From positions 128,001-192,000 of the forward strand of contig CAWJKT010000010.1 of NCBI GenBank assembly GCA_963843375.1: 64,000 bases of DNA, given 5' to 3'. The notes beneath the pieces were generated by a model. That model made no database searches, was not told the origin of the DNA, and saw nothing but the letters and a program-made list of their open reading frames with translations. Positions within the stretch are counted from its first letter, which is position 1. Each line of letters starts with the position of its first letter. The DNA is from an uncultured Pseudomonadota bacterium. GTDB taxonomy: Bacteria > Oederibacteriota > Muellerivitia > Muellerivitales > Muellerivitaceae. Positions 27,917-38,867 of this stretch are shown piece by piece. Made by a program: the position numbers and the translations under genes.

Positions 27917-30422
27917 ATGGAAGCCTATAATTTCACTGAAATCGAAAAGCGTTGGAAAAAACAATGGGTCGAAAAGGGCATCTTTGCCTGCGATCTCTCA
28001 AAAACCGATAAAAAATACTATACCCTGGTCATGTTTCCTTATCCTTCCGGGGATTTCCTTCACGCCGGCCACGGGCGAAATTACATCATCGGGGACGCAG
28101 TCTACCGTTACTTTAAGGCACAGGGACGTAACGTCTTGAATCCCATGGGCTTCGATGCCTTCGGCCTCCCAGCCGAGAACGCCGCCATTCACAAAGGCAT
28201 TCATCCCGAGGATTGGACTCTTAAAAACATTGAGCGCATGAAGGGCCAGTTTTACGATTGGGGAATGGGTTACGACTGGGACAAGGAAGTGGTTTCCTGT
28301 CTTCCCGATTATTACCGCTGGACCCAATGGATTTTCCTAAAACTTTACGAAAAGGGCCTGGCTTATCGAAAAAAAGCCTATGTCAACTGGTGCCCTTCCT
28401 GCCTGACGGTTTTGGCCAACGAACAGGTGGTGAATGGCCAATGCGAACGTTGTGACTCCATCGTCGAGCAAAAAGACCTGGAACAATGGTTCTTCAAGAT
28501 TACGGCCTATGCTGACCGGCTTTTGAAGGATATCGACCGCCTGGAATCCTGGCCCGATCGGGTCAAAACCATGCAGCGAAACTGGATTGGCAAGAGCGAA
28601 GGCGCCGAGGTCCAATTCAAGGTGGAAGGAAAGAACGAGACCATTACGGTATTCACCACCCGACCTGACACCCTTTTTGGGGCGACCTACATGGTCCTAG
28701 CCCCGGAGCATCCCCTGGTATTGTCTCTTGTGAAGGGAACGGACAAAGAAGCCGAAGTGAAATCCTTCGTGGAAATGGTAAAAAAACAGAGTTCGCAGGA
28801 TAGGGTAGGGGAGAGCGCTGAAAAGCTGGGTTTGGAAACGGGAATCCGGGCGGTCAACCCAGTTAACGGAAAATCGATTCCGGTCTACTTGGCCAATTAT
28901 GTCCTCATGGATTACGGAACGGGAGCCATCATGGCGGTACCGGCTCACGATACCCGGGACTTCGACTTTGCTCAAAAATACGGCATTCACATTGTTCAGG
29001 TGATCGACCCGACGGATGAAGTCAAACACGCCTGGAAAGCCTCCAATCATACCTACGATCCCAAGGGGGAAGCTTATACGGATGACGGTAAACTGGTGAA
29101 TTCAGATTTTCTGAACGGCCTGAATGTTGAAACCGCGAAGAAAAAAATGACCGCTTGGCTGGAAGAAAAAAAGATGGGGAAAGCGGCGGTAACCTATCGC
29201 CTGAGGGACTGGCTCATATCCCGCCAACGCTACTGGGGAGCGCCCATCCCCATGATTAATTGCGAAGCCTGTGGCTGGGTGTCGGTTCCGGAAAAGGATC
29301 TGCCGGTCCTTTTGCCGCGGGCCATTGAATTTAAGCCAACCGGAGAATCACCGTTGAAATCGGTCCCGTCCTTTGTGAATGTCTTCTGCCCCAAATGTGG
29401 GGGGAAAGCCCGTCGAGAAACGGACACCATGGACACCTTTGTGGATTCCAGTTGGTATTTTCTGCGTTACGTATCGGCAAAAAACCAACAAGAAGCCTTC
29501 ACCACCCCAACAGCAAACAAATGGCTTCCCGTGGACCAATATATCGGCGGGGTTGAACACGCTATTCTTCACCTTCTGTATTCACGGTTCATTACGAAAG
29601 TTTTAAAGGACCAGGGATTCATCAATTTTGACGAGCCTTTCAAGCGGCTTTTCACCCAGGGAATGATCACCAAAGGCGGGGTTAAAATGTCCAAGAGCAA
29701 GGGCAACTCCGTCCAACCCGATGAGCTGCATCAAAAAATACGGCTCGGATACTTTCCGGCTCTATACTCTTTTTATCGGCCCACCCGAACGGGACGCCGA
29801 GTGGGACGACCGGGCCGTGGAAGGTCCGTTTCGTTTTTTGAACCGTATTTGGAAATTTTTTCAGGAAGTGATGGAAAGACCGGACTTTGCCCAGAGTGAA
29901 AAACCCGAAGCCACGACCGAAGCCGACAAAGAAATCCGACGCAAAACTCACCAAACCATTCAAAAAGTGACGGTGGACATGACCGAAGGTTTCAAATTCA
30001 ACACCGCAATCAGCGCTATGATGGAAATGATTAATTTGCTTTATGATTACAAAGAACAACCCGGCGCCAAAACCCCTCTTTTGCGAGAGGCTTTGGAGGC
30101 TCTGGTGAAACTTTTAGGGCCTTTTACCCCCCACGTGGCCGATGAAATGTGGAGCCGTCTGGGCGACGGGAAGAATCTCTTACAAGCCGGATGGCCTCAG
30201 TTTGACCCGGCATTGTTAAAATCCGATGTGGTGGAAATTCCCGTGCAAGTTAACGGCAAGGTGAAAACCAGGGTAAATATCGCCGTGGGATTGGCGGAGG
30301 AGACAGTGAGGGACTTCCTATTAAAAGAGGAAAAAGTCTTGAAGTTTGTCCGGCCCGAAACCGTCCAAAAATTGATTTGGGTGAAGGATAAATTGGCTAA
30401 CTTTATTGTGAGAACAAATTGA
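27917..30422 (+). CDS. leuS: Leucine--tRNA ligase (one frameshift near 29729)
   Basis: [27 protein letters not shown]; continues [11 protein letters not shown] in a second frame. Confidence 0.95.
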
Positions 30423-30955
30423 ATACTTATTTCTTAGGTCTGAAATCATTCGGAATTCGGCGATTCGCCTGTTTTTTGCTTTTACTCATTGGCATAACGG
30501 GGTGCCACCCCGCCGCCCTGGTCATTCCTTCTTACATCCAAAACGTGGGCGTTGACCTTTTTGAAAACCGAACCAGTTACTATGGATTGGATACGATCTT
30601 TACCGAGGCCACGATTCGGCAATTTCAAATCGACGGAAGGCTACCGATTGAAACGGCGGATAAGGCCGATATGGCCGTAAAGGTCATCATCCGTCAATAT
30701 ATCCGGGAGCCTCAGCTTTACGCCAATAACACCAATTACGTCCTCGAATACCGTTTGTCCGTTGTCTATGATCTGGCGGCCATCGACCAACGGGAAAAGA
30801 AAACGTTCCTTGAGGACACGGGAAAGGTCCATAGTATTTATTTTTATACTCCCCAATATACGGGAGCGATCCCCGAAACCGAGGACCAGGCGATTACCCA
30901 ACTTGCCAGTGACATGGCTTACACCATTGTCCGCCGTGTTTTAGAAGGAAATTGA
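30419..30955 (+). CDS. lptE: LptE-family LPS assembly lipoprotein
   Basis: Lipobox ITGC; F.NRT pattern; directly after leuS. Confidence 0.75.
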   Translation: MNTYFLGLKSFGIRRFACFLLLLIGITGCHPAALVIPSYIQNVGVDLFENRTSYYGLDTIFTEATIRQFQIDGRLPIETADKADMAVKVIIRQYIREPQLYANNTNYVLEYRLSVVYDLAAIDQREKKTFLEDTGKVHSIYFYTPQYTGAIPETEDQAITQLASDMAYTIVRRVLEGN

Positions 30956-31026
30956 CCGGTGTGTCAAGTCAAACGGAACTTAGAATCTGCAATTTTTAGT
31001 TTGAAACCAAAAGACGAGAGGTTGAC

Positions 31027-31749
31027 ATGAACGGATTGAAAATTAAAAATTTCACATTAATTATTTTGGCTCTCATGTCTTTTACTTTGGCGGGAAGCGC
31101 AGGAGCTGATCTGGAGTGGATCACCGGTGGCGTTCCTAAAAACGCTCCCGACAAGCCCTCTTCCACGGGCGTGAAAGACGCCCCTCCTGAAGCATCCTCC
31201 AGCAGTCCGACGGTTAACCAGGACATCATCGTGAGCCATTTGATCACCTGCACCAAAATCGTGAACCAATATCCAGTCGACAGCGTAAACTATTTTTATT
31301 TAAACAAAAACGATCAAATTTGTTATTTCGCTTATTTTTTAATCAAACCTTCCAGTCGAATCCATACTGCGACGGTGGAATGTTTTTCACCGACGAATCT
31401 TCGTATCGCGAAATTCGACCAGGAATTCCAGGTGGGATTCACCGACCGACTTTTGACGATCCAGGACGAAACCTACCAATGGTTCCTGGTGGACCTTACC
31501 CTGGGGTTGGACCATCTTCACTCCGAGTATGGCCAAACCGGCTTGCCAAGAGATGTGGGACTTTACACGATCCACTTAAGCGTGGACGGCCAATTGGTGG
31601 GAATCACCTTTTTTTATGTGAAACCCGAGGAAACTAAAAACGCCACCCCCGTTGCCACCATACCTCCGGCTCCAAATGCCAGCCTCTTGCCCGTAAGAAC
31701 CCCTTACACCACCCAACCCATTTCACCCATACCTCAGGGTATCCCTTGA
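31027..31749 (+). CDS. Hypothetical exported protein with Pro/Thr-rich ends
   Basis: Signal peptide; GAGG RBS; beta-rich core ending GLYTIHLSVDGQLVG. Confidence 0.6.
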   Translation: MNGLKIKNFTLIILALMSFTLAGSAGADLEWITGGVPKNAPDKPSSTGVKDAPPEASSSSPTVNQDIIVSHLITCTKIVNQYPVDSVNYFYLNKNDQICYFAYFLIKPSSRIHTATVECFSPTNLRIAKFDQEFQVGFTDRLLTIQDETYQWFLVDLTLGLDHLHSEYGQTGLPRDVGLYTIHLSVDGQLVGITFFYVKPEETKNATPVATIPPAPNASLLPVRTPYTTQPISPIPQGIP

Positions 31750-31781
31750 TCCACTTCGTTTCGTGAAAGAGGAAGGGGACC

Positions 31782-32813
31782 ATGTACTTCGACGACTTTT
31801 TAACCCGTCTTAAAAAAAATGATTTGCCCCGGGTTCTTTTGCTTTTTGGTGATTCAGAAGGGGTTTTATCCGAAGGCCTTCAAAACATCCGGGAAAAATT
31901 TCGCGAAATGGCGCCCGATGGAACCTTACAGGTTTTTGACGGACAAGAAATAAACCTTGGGGAAATGTTGATGGCTGCCCAAACATCCTCGCTTTTCGCC
32001 ACATCTCAGTTACTCGTTTTGCAGCATGGCGAAAAACTCCTTGGAGGTCATTCGGAGGCGGCTATAGATCGCCTAAAGGATTACTTTTCCAATCCCAATC
32101 CTTCTTCCATATTGGTTTTCCTGGCGCCCGGGATGCGAAAAACCGCGAAAGCGGTAGCAGCCGTGGAACGGATGGGCTGGGCAGTTCAGTGCTCCGATAT
32201 CCCAGATTGGAAAATGGCGGGCTGGCTAAAACAACAGGCTCAAACCGTTGGGCTCCAACTTCCCGAAGACGCGGCCCAACTCTTGATCCAAAAAGTTGGG
32301 TCCGACATCGCTTATCTCAAAAGCGCCCTGGAGCAACTTTCCATTTACGCCCATCCGCAAAAATCCATTTCGCATCAATTGGTAATGGAGCTTCCTGTTC
32401 CCGGGATAGAATCCGGTATATTTCAATTTTTGGATGCGGTTGGGCTGCGTCAAACCGAAAAAGCTCTCAAAGTGTTGAACCAGTTGGAAGACGGAGTGGA
32501 CGCCGGAACCGTCATCATGCTTTATGGAAGGGTTCGGGAACTGCTTTTAATCGCCCTGGGTCGGTCGAAAGGCTGGGACCAAACGAAGACAGCCGAGAAT
32601 CTGGGTTTGCATCCCTTTCGACTTAAAAGTCTTTGGGATCAAGCCGCCCAATTCTCCGTGGAAGATCTCAAAAACGCCTTAATGGATTTAACACATCTTC
32701 AAGCGGGGGTTGTCACAGGGCGATTGGGCAAAGCAGTGGCCCCGGTTTATCTGGAATGTTGGGTTTTAAAGTGGGGAAAAAACCGGATGGCCCTGAAAGC
32801 GGCCACCCGGTGA
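31782..32813 (+). CDS. holA: DNA polymerase III delta subunit
   Basis: LLLFG, SLFA..LLV, IFQFLDA, LHPF; leuS-lptE-holA-rpsT context. Confidence 0.85.
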   Translation: MYFDDFLTRLKKNDLPRVLLLFGDSEGVLSEGLQNIREKFREMAPDGTLQVFDGQEINLGEMLMAAQTSSLFATSQLLVLQHGEKLLGGHSEAAIDRLKDYFSNPNPSSILVFLAPGMRKTAKAVAAVERMGWAVQCSDIPDWKMAGWLKQQAQTVGLQLPEDAAQLLIQKVGSDIAYLKSALEQLSIYAHPQKSISHQLVMELPVPGIESGIFQFLDAVGLRQTEKALKVLNQLEDGVDAGTVIMLYGRVRELLLIALGRSKGWDQTKTAENLGLHPFRLKSLWDQAAQFSVEDLKNALMDLTHLQAGVVTGRLGKAVAPVYLECWVLKWGKNRMALKAATR

Positions 32814-32815
32814 TT

Positions 32816-33076
32816 TTACTTTTTGAACTTTTTGTGGATAAAAGACGAAAGACGGGAAACTTTGCGGGAAGCGGTGTTTTTCTTAAGAATCCCGTGGGAT
32901 TGGGCCTTATCCAGGACATGCATGGCTTCCTTCAGCTTTTGGGCCGCTTCTTCAGCTGTTTTGGCGGCAAGAACGGCCTTCATGGCAGTGCGGAGTTTGT
33001 TCTTTTCAGCGGAATTACGCGCCGTACGCGTTTTAGTGCGGCGGACGTCTTTGATCGACGACTTAATGATCGGCAT
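32816..33076 (-). CDS. rpsT: 30S ribosomal protein S20
   Basis: IKSSIK..RN..LRTAMK..LDK..GILKKNTASRKVSRL. Confidence 0.96.
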   Translation of the reverse strand: MPIIKSSIKDVRRTKTRTARNSAEKNKLRTAMKAVLAAKTAEEAAQKLKEAMHVLDKAQSHGILKKNTASRKVSRLSSFIHKKFKK

Positions 33077-33121
33077 GGATCCTCCAAAAAATTAATCAGC
33101 GGCTTCCTAAAATGGAGGCAT

Positions 33122-33150
33122 ATCGTAAACGAAGGGGGAGACAGTGTCAA
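33122..33150 (-). promoter_or_regulatory. Sigma70 promoter for rpsT, overlapping the murJ start
   Basis: Minus strand TTGACA-17 bp-TACGAT. Confidence 0.7.
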
Positions 33151-34781
33151 TCACGGTTCCATCACCCCAGTCTGAGCCGAGCCAAAATGACGCGAAGACC
33201 CGTTTGGGCGGGCATTTTCGACTGGTCACAACCGCCACGTCCATCAGCCGTATCGCGGGATATTTGCGAGATACCTTGAACGCGAATCTTTTTGGCGCGG
33301 GTCTGGTTTCCGACGCCTACTTTATGGCGGTACGAATACCCAGCCTGCTTAGGGACCTATTTGCGGAAGGTGCTCTTTCGAACGCTTTCGTTCCCGCCCT
33401 GACGGCCCGGTTAGAGAAGGAAGACCACCAAGACGCTTGGGAATTGATGTCTCAAGTTTTTTCACTTTTATTCCTCGTAACGGGTTTGTTGACGGCCTTG
33501 GGTATTCTTTTGGCCCCTCAAGTGGTGGGAGTAATCGCCCATGGTTATGTGAAAGATGTCGACAAGTTTCAGCTGACCATTCAGTTGACCCGCATCTTAT
33601 TTCCGGTCTTGATGTTTGTTTCTTTTGCCGCTCTTTGGATGGGAGCCCTCAATTCCATGCACCGCTTTGCGACACCGGCGTTCGCTCCCGTGTTCATGAA
33701 CTTGACGCAAATAGCCATGGGAATTGCGCTTTTGAAGTTTTGGAAAAGCAACAACCCGCAAGAGGAAATCCGGAACATACAATTATGGGCCTGTTCCATG
33801 ACCCTTGGGATGTTTTTTCAGTGGATTTCGCAACTTCCAGAGGCTTGGAAGGCTGGAATCAAGGTCGTTTGGTCCTGGCCTCCCCGACATCCCGGAATCG
33901 GGGAAATGATGAACCTCATGGGACCCGCCATCGTCAGCCAGTCAGTCCTGCAAGTCAACTTACTGGTTAACCAGTTCTTTGCCTCCTTCCTCACTACCGG
34001 CTACGTCAGTTATCTTTATTATGGAAACCGGCTTTTCCAACTACCCTTTGGAATTTTGGGAGTTTCCATCGCCACCGTGACCTTTCCGCTTTTGGCCCGC
34101 CAATCCAACACCGGAAAGATGGAAGAATTTTCACAAACCTTAAGCCGGGCGTTATCTGCGGGGTTATTTCTGATGATCCCTTGCACCGTGGGAATTTGGA
34201 TCGTGGCCAAACCGGCATGCCGGCTGGCCTTTGAATATGGCCGCTTCACTCCTGAGGCGACGCAAATGGCCGCCGAGGCAACGGCTCTATATGCTCTTGG
34301 CTTGGTGGGATATACCGGCGTCAAGATACTTTTACCCGCTTACTACGCCCGTCGCAATGCCCGTAAACCCCTTGCTACATCCTTGGCGGCGATAACGGCC
34401 AATGCCGGATTAAACCTTTTGGCATTTTTAACCGTGAATGATTCCCACATCCGTTTTTGGGGATTGGCGCTGGCTTCCGTCCTGGGTTCCTTAATCAACT
34501 TAATTCTTCTTCTATGGGGAATTGAAAAAATCAACATCCATCTGGATTGGAAATTTTTGAGGTTGGAAGCGCTAAAGATCTTATTGGCCTCCACGCTGAT
34601 GGGCCTCGTCACTTGGGTCACACTTCAAGAAATCACAAAAATTCATTTACCCGGTAGCCGGCTTTTTGATTTTCTAATTCCGGTAATGCTTGGGGGAATA
34701 GTATATTTCGGTTTGGCAAAAACGCTGAGACTTAATGGGTTGGAGTGGGTTTTGGGACGGGCCAAGGGCAAGGTCGCGTGA
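33144..34781 (+). CDS. murJ: Lipid II flippase MurJ
   Basis: SRIAGYLRD, LFAEGAL..AFVP, RLFQLPFG, FEYGRF. Confidence 0.93.
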   Translation: MSITVPSPQSEPSQNDAKTRLGGHFRLVTTATSISRIAGYLRDTLNANLFGAGLVSDAYFMAVRIPSLLRDLFAEGALSNAFVPALTARLEKEDHQDAWELMSQVFSLLFLVTGLLTALGILLAPQVVGVIAHGYVKDVDKFQLTIQLTRILFPVLMFVSFAALWMGALNSMHRFATPAFAPVFMNLTQIAMGIALLKFWKSNNPQEEIRNIQLWACSMTLGMFFQWISQLPEAWKAGIKVVWSWPPRHPGIGEMMNLMGPAIVSQSVLQVNLLVNQFFASFLTTGYVSYLYYGNRLFQLPFGILGVSIATVTFPLLARQSNTGKMEEFSQTLSRALSAGLFLMIPCTVGIWIVAKPACRLAFEYGRFTPEATQMAAEATALYALGLVGYTGVKILLPAYYARRNARKPLATSLAAITANAGLNLLAFLTVNDSHIRFWGLALASVLGSLINLILLLWGIEKINIHLDWKFLRLEALKILLASTLMGLVTWVTLQEITKIHLPGSRLFDFLIPVMLGGIVYFGLAKTLRLNGLEWVLGRAKGKVA

Positions 34782-35332
34782 AAAGTCGAAGTTGGTTTTT
34801 GAGTGCAAAGTGGGGATTTTTCCGAACAACCGGTGGATGGTGCGCGGCCGCTTGGACCCGCAAGGGACTTTCGGTTTTGGTATTACCACAAAAAAGCAGG
34901 GCCCAAGCCTTAAAAAGGATTCATGAATATTTGCCCCCGGTTCCCGAAAACTTCTGGATTACCCCGCCTGCGAAGGTTCCTCAAAAATTTCAACGCCAAA
35001 CCCGGGCCGCCTTAAAGGGCAACCCCTTTCGCATGACCGATTTTGACCTTTCTTTCCTCACCTCATTTCAACAAAGGGTTTTGGTCGCTACCTGTCAAAT
35101 TCCATGGGGACAGTTCCGGACTTATGGCTGGGTCGCAAGAAAAGCAGGGTCTCCCCGAGGCTTTCGTGCTGCGGGTCAGGCCTTAAACCGTAACCCCATT
35201 CCCATCTTCATTCCCTGTCATAGAGTTATCGCGGCGGATAATCAAATCGGTGGTTATGGAGGAGGCCTCAAATGGAAGAGAAAACTCTTGAAAAATGAAG
35301 GCGTAACGGTAAATCAAAGCCTCGTATGGTAG
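34778..35332 (+). CDS. ogt: Methylated-DNA--protein-cysteine methyltransferase
   Basis: RAAGQA..RNP and IPCHRV active site; GTG overlaps the murJ stop. Confidence 0.9.
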   Translation: MKSRSWFLSAKWGFFRTTGGWCAAAWTRKGLSVLVLPQKSRAQALKRIHEYLPPVPENFWITPPAKVPQKFQRQTRAALKGNPFRMTDFDLSFLTSFQQRVLVATCQIPWGQFRTYGWVARKAGSPRGFRAAGQALNRNPIPIFIPCHRVIAADNQIGGYGGGLKWKRKLLKNEGVTVNQSLVW

Positions 35333-35389
35333 TTACAGAGCCGAAAAGCTTTGATAAAATACCAACCTACGACTTTTCTAGGGGGCCTG

Positions 35390-37198
35390 ATGCTTCAGGG
35401 GAACATTGATAAATACAAGCTCCTCGAGATCAAGGGAAGCGGCACTTTTGGAACGGTTTGGTTGGCCGAGGATACCTGGATCGGGAAAAAAGTAGCAATT
35501 AAAATCCCCCACAATCAAAAAGAAGAATTCACCACCCTCATTGCGGAACCCAAGCTTTTGGCTTCCCTGGACCACCCCAATATTGTCCAAATCCTAACCG
35601 TGGACAAAGCCGAAAACATCTTTTTCATGGTCATGGAGTATGTTGACGGGAAAAACCTGGCCCAATTGATCCAGGAAACACCTCTCACCTACAAAGAAGC
35701 TGTTGATATTGTCATTCAAATTCTAACAGCTCTCCAATATGCCCATGAGAAAAACGTCATCCATCGCGATCTGAAACCCGGTAACATCCTCCTCACTTCC
35801 GATCGAAAAGCGAAGATTACCGATTTCGGGACCGCCTTCATTCAAGCGGGAAAAACCGGTGCGGGAATCGGCGGAACCCTTTATTACATGGCTAAGGAAC
35901 AAGTCCTGGGCCACCCGGCAAAAGCCTCGGACGTCTATTCGGTGGGAGTCATTCTTTATGAGATGGTGACCGGGAAACTTCCCTTTTATGACGAAGTTCC
36001 GATGGTGGTCCTGAACAAAATATTGAAAGATGACGTACCCGAACCCCACAAAATGAATCCCAGCATACCCAAAGAACTAGAAGCGGTTATCATGAAGGCA
36101 CTGCAAAAAGAGGTCTCGAAACGATATCAATCCGCTTTTGAAATGAAACAAGACTTGGAAAAACTTCCACCTGGAATTCTCACAGCCCCAATCGGAATCG
36201 GAAGCAAAACCCAAGACGTCCTCACTCACACCATTATTCAAGAGGCCGATAAAAAACAAGCCATCAAAGAAGTGGGGGACATCAACACCCTTAGGTATCA
36301 GGGCTACCATTACAAGTTGGTCCGAACAATCGGGACTCGGGGTAAAGAAGAAGGAAATTTTATTTCCCCGGTGGGGGTGGCCGTCGATTCCCAAAAGAGA
36401 ATTTATGTTTGCGACTCCATGAAATGCTGCGTCCAGGTTTTTGATTTTGAGGGAAAAATCCTTTACTCAGTCGGAAAATTCGGGAAAGAAGTGAGTGACC
36501 CTAAAGAGGTTTCCTTTCTCATGCCCGCTTCAGTTGCGGTGGACCAAGGAGGAAATTTAGTCGCCTTGGATGCCAAGACCTGCAACGTCCAGATTATTGG
36601 GAAAATGGGCCAGCTTCTGGCGAAATTCGGGGAACCTGCTTCTCCAACCACGGGAAAAATAGAAATCGGAACGGGGGGCTTTTTCCATCCCCAAGCACTG
36701 GCGTTAGACGATAAGGATAATATTTATGTTTCCGACACGGGAAACCATCGTATCCGGGTTTTTAATCCCGCGGGAAAGGTTTTGAATAAATTCGGTATTC
36801 AGGGGGCCCGTTTGGGCGAATTTAATTGTCCCGCCGGATTGACGTTGGATAACGCTCAAAATTTGCTGGTAGTGGATGAAAAAAACTACCGCGTTCAAAT
36901 TTTCACCACAAAAGGTGTATTTAAAAACAAATTCGGGAAGAGGGGAACGGGCCGGGGAGAGTTTTCCGCTCCTATCGGCGTTGCCACCGATTCCAAACGA
37001 AATATTTTCGTGACAGACCGGGATATGAGGATTCAAGTTTTCGATCCCGAAGGGTATTATTTAACTGAATTTGGGACGCCCCAGGGCAATTACAAAATAG
37101 CGCCCAAGTATTATGGCCTGACCATCGACGCCGAAAACAATCTCTATGTTACGGATATCGCCAATTGTTCCGTTTTAGTTTATGCTTTGAAGAAATGA
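35390..37198 (+). CDS. Hanks-type Ser/Thr kinase fused to an NHL-repeat propeller
   Basis: GSGTFGTV, AIK, HRDLKPGN, DFG; repeated F..P.GVAVD...IYV.D..N.RIQVF. Confidence 0.9.
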   Translation: MLQGNIDKYKLLEIKGSGTFGTVWLAEDTWIGKKVAIKIPHNQKEEFTTLIAEPKLLASLDHPNIVQILTVDKAENIFFMVMEYVDGKNLAQLIQETPLTYKEAVDIVIQILTALQYAHEKNVIHRDLKPGNILLTSDRKAKITDFGTAFIQAGKTGAGIGGTLYYMAKEQVLGHPAKASDVYSVGVILYEMVTGKLPFYDEVPMVVLNKILKDDVPEPHKMNPSIPKELEAVIMKALQKEVSKRYQSAFEMKQDLEKLPPGILTAPIGIGSKTQDVLTHTIIQEADKKQAIKEVGDINTLRYQGYHYKLVRTIGTRGKEEGNFISPVGVAVDSQKRIYVCDSMKCCVQVFDFEGKILYSVGKFGKEVSDPKEVSFLMPASVAVDQGGNLVALDAKTCNVQIIGKMGQLLAKFGEPASPTTGKIEIGTGGFFHPQALALDDKDNIYVSDTGNHRIRVFNPAGKVLNKFGIQGARLGEFNCPAGLTLDNAQNLLVVDEKNYRVQIFTTKGVFKNKFGKRGTGRGEFSAPIGVATDSKRNIFVTDRDMRIQVFDPEGYYLTEFGTPQGNYKIAPKYYGLTIDAENNLYVTDIANCSVLVYALKK

Positions 37199-37205
37199 GA
37201 TTCCG

Positions 37206-38777
37206 ATGACCACATCCACCACTCCCGAGCCAGCCATTCCCGGAAGAATTGTTCTTACGCCGCCAAAATCGGGTGGAAAACCACAAATTATCATTACGGT
37301 TCTGGCCGGTCCCGAACAAGGGCATGTTTTCAAAATCGCTCGGCCTACAACGACGATGGGTCGTTCCAACACCTGTGAGGTGGTCATTACCGACCCTTTG
37401 GTTTCCCGCCAACATTGTCAAATTTTATTGGGAATGGGAGGGATAACCCTTAAAGATTTGGGCAGTACAAACGGCACTTTCCTGAATGGCGTAAAAGTTA
37501 ACGAAAGTCCCTTACGAAACCAGGATGTTATTTCCGTCGGAGGTACGAGGTTACGCTTCGCGGTTGAGGTAACCAAAGATGAGACGGATTCGAAGACGCC
37601 CAAAATCGATGAGTTAGCCCATAAAAAACTTTTAACGCTTTACGAAGTCGGAAATATCGTCAATTCGGTACTAGAACTAAAAACCCTTTTAAACATCATC
37701 ATGGCCATGGCTATCAAGGTCATGCAGGCCAACCGCGGATTCCTGCTTTTAAGGGAAAAAACCGGAGAACTGAAACCTGTAGCCACTCATGCTTTGACGC
37801 CAGCGGAGGCGCAGGCACCTTATAGCCAAACCATCGTGGACACGGTCTTAAAAGAAAGGGTTCCAGTGCTGGTTCTGGACGCCGTTCATGATGTCCGTTT
37901 CGCCAACAGGGACAGCCTCAAGGCTCTGCCGCTTTCTTCGGTCATTTGCGTGCCCATTTGGGAAAGAGAAAATATCGTCGGGGTTATCTACGTCGACAAG
38001 GCGGAAGGAACCACCACCTTCAACGAAGAGGATATGTACTTCCTTTCGGCCTTCGCCAACCAAGCGGCGGTGGCCATAGCCAACGCCAAGCTCTTTGACG
38101 ACGTGAGAAGGGAAGAGCGCCTTCGGACATCACTCCAGCGGTATCTTTCACCCAACATTGTGGACGACATGGTTCAAAATAACGATATTGCCAGTTCCCT
38201 GGGCGGCGCCAAGAAAAAAATTTCCGTCTTATTCTGCGATATTCGGGGATTCACGACCTTGACTGAAAAAGAACCTGTGGAAACGATCGTTAGTCTTTTA
38301 AATGAATATTTCAGTGCGATGTCGGACGTGATTTTTGCTAACCACGGCACCTTGGATAAGTTCATCGGCGATGCCATCATGGCCATTTATGGAGCGCCTT
38401 TGGAATTGGCAGATGGTGCTTATAAATGTGTAAAAACAGCCATTGAAATGAGAGCCAAGTTGGCCCTCTTAAATGAAAAGTGGAAGACCGAAAAGAAACC
38501 TCAAATTCAAGTCGGGTACGGTATCAACACGGGGGAAGCCATCGTGGGCAACATCGGTAGCGAACGACGAATGGAATATACCGCTATCGGCGACATGGTT
38601 AATGTCGCGGCTCGGGTAGAAGGGGAAACAGAGGGAAACCAAATATTTGTAACCGAAGAAACCTTTCAGGAATTGGGAAATCGCGTGCAAGTTAAAAAGC
38701 TTAACGCCGCCAAGCTCAAAGGTAAAACTTCCAAGGTCCAAATTTACGAAGTTACAGCATTAAATCCTGTTCCTTAA
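37206..38777 (+). CDS. FHA-GAF class III adenylate cyclase
   Basis: FHA (GR, SRQH, GSTNGT), GAF (SVICVP, FNEED), cyclase (FCDIRGFT, DKFIGDA, YTAIGDMVNVAAR). Confidence 0.9.
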   Translation: MTTSTTPEPAIPGRIVLTPPKSGGKPQIIITVLAGPEQGHVFKIARPTTTMGRSNTCEVVITDPLVSRQHCQILLGMGGITLKDLGSTNGTFLNGVKVNESPLRNQDVISVGGTRLRFAVEVTKDETDSKTPKIDELAHKKLLTLYEVGNIVNSVLELKTLLNIIMAMAIKVMQANRGFLLLREKTGELKPVATHALTPAEAQAPYSQTIVDTVLKERVPVLVLDAVHDVRFANRDSLKALPLSSVICVPIWERENIVGVIYVDKAEGTTTFNEEDMYFLSAFANQAAVAIANAKLFDDVRREERLRTSLQRYLSPNIVDDMVQNNDIASSLGGAKKKISVLFCDIRGFTTLTEKEPVETIVSLLNEYFSAMSDVIFANHGTLDKFIGDAIMAIYGAPLELADGAYKCVKTAIEMRAKLALLNEKWKTEKKPQIQVGYGINTGEAIVGNIGSERRMEYTAIGDMVNVAARVEGETEGNQIFVTEETFQELGNRVQVKKLNAAKLKGKTSKVQIYEVTALNPVP

Positions 38778-38867
38778 TCTTTTTCATTAATCCTCCTAAG
38801 ACCTTTAAAACAACCGTACTTTTGACTAAATTGAGCTTGCGCTATCCCGATTTGACCACTGGAATCC

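Noticed and set aside
29700..29760. Programmed frameshift or natural alpha/beta split of LeuRS
   Set aside because: Removing one base near 29729 restores PDELIKKYGSD. The gene is essential and similar indels occur elsewhere in the window, so sequencing error is most likely.
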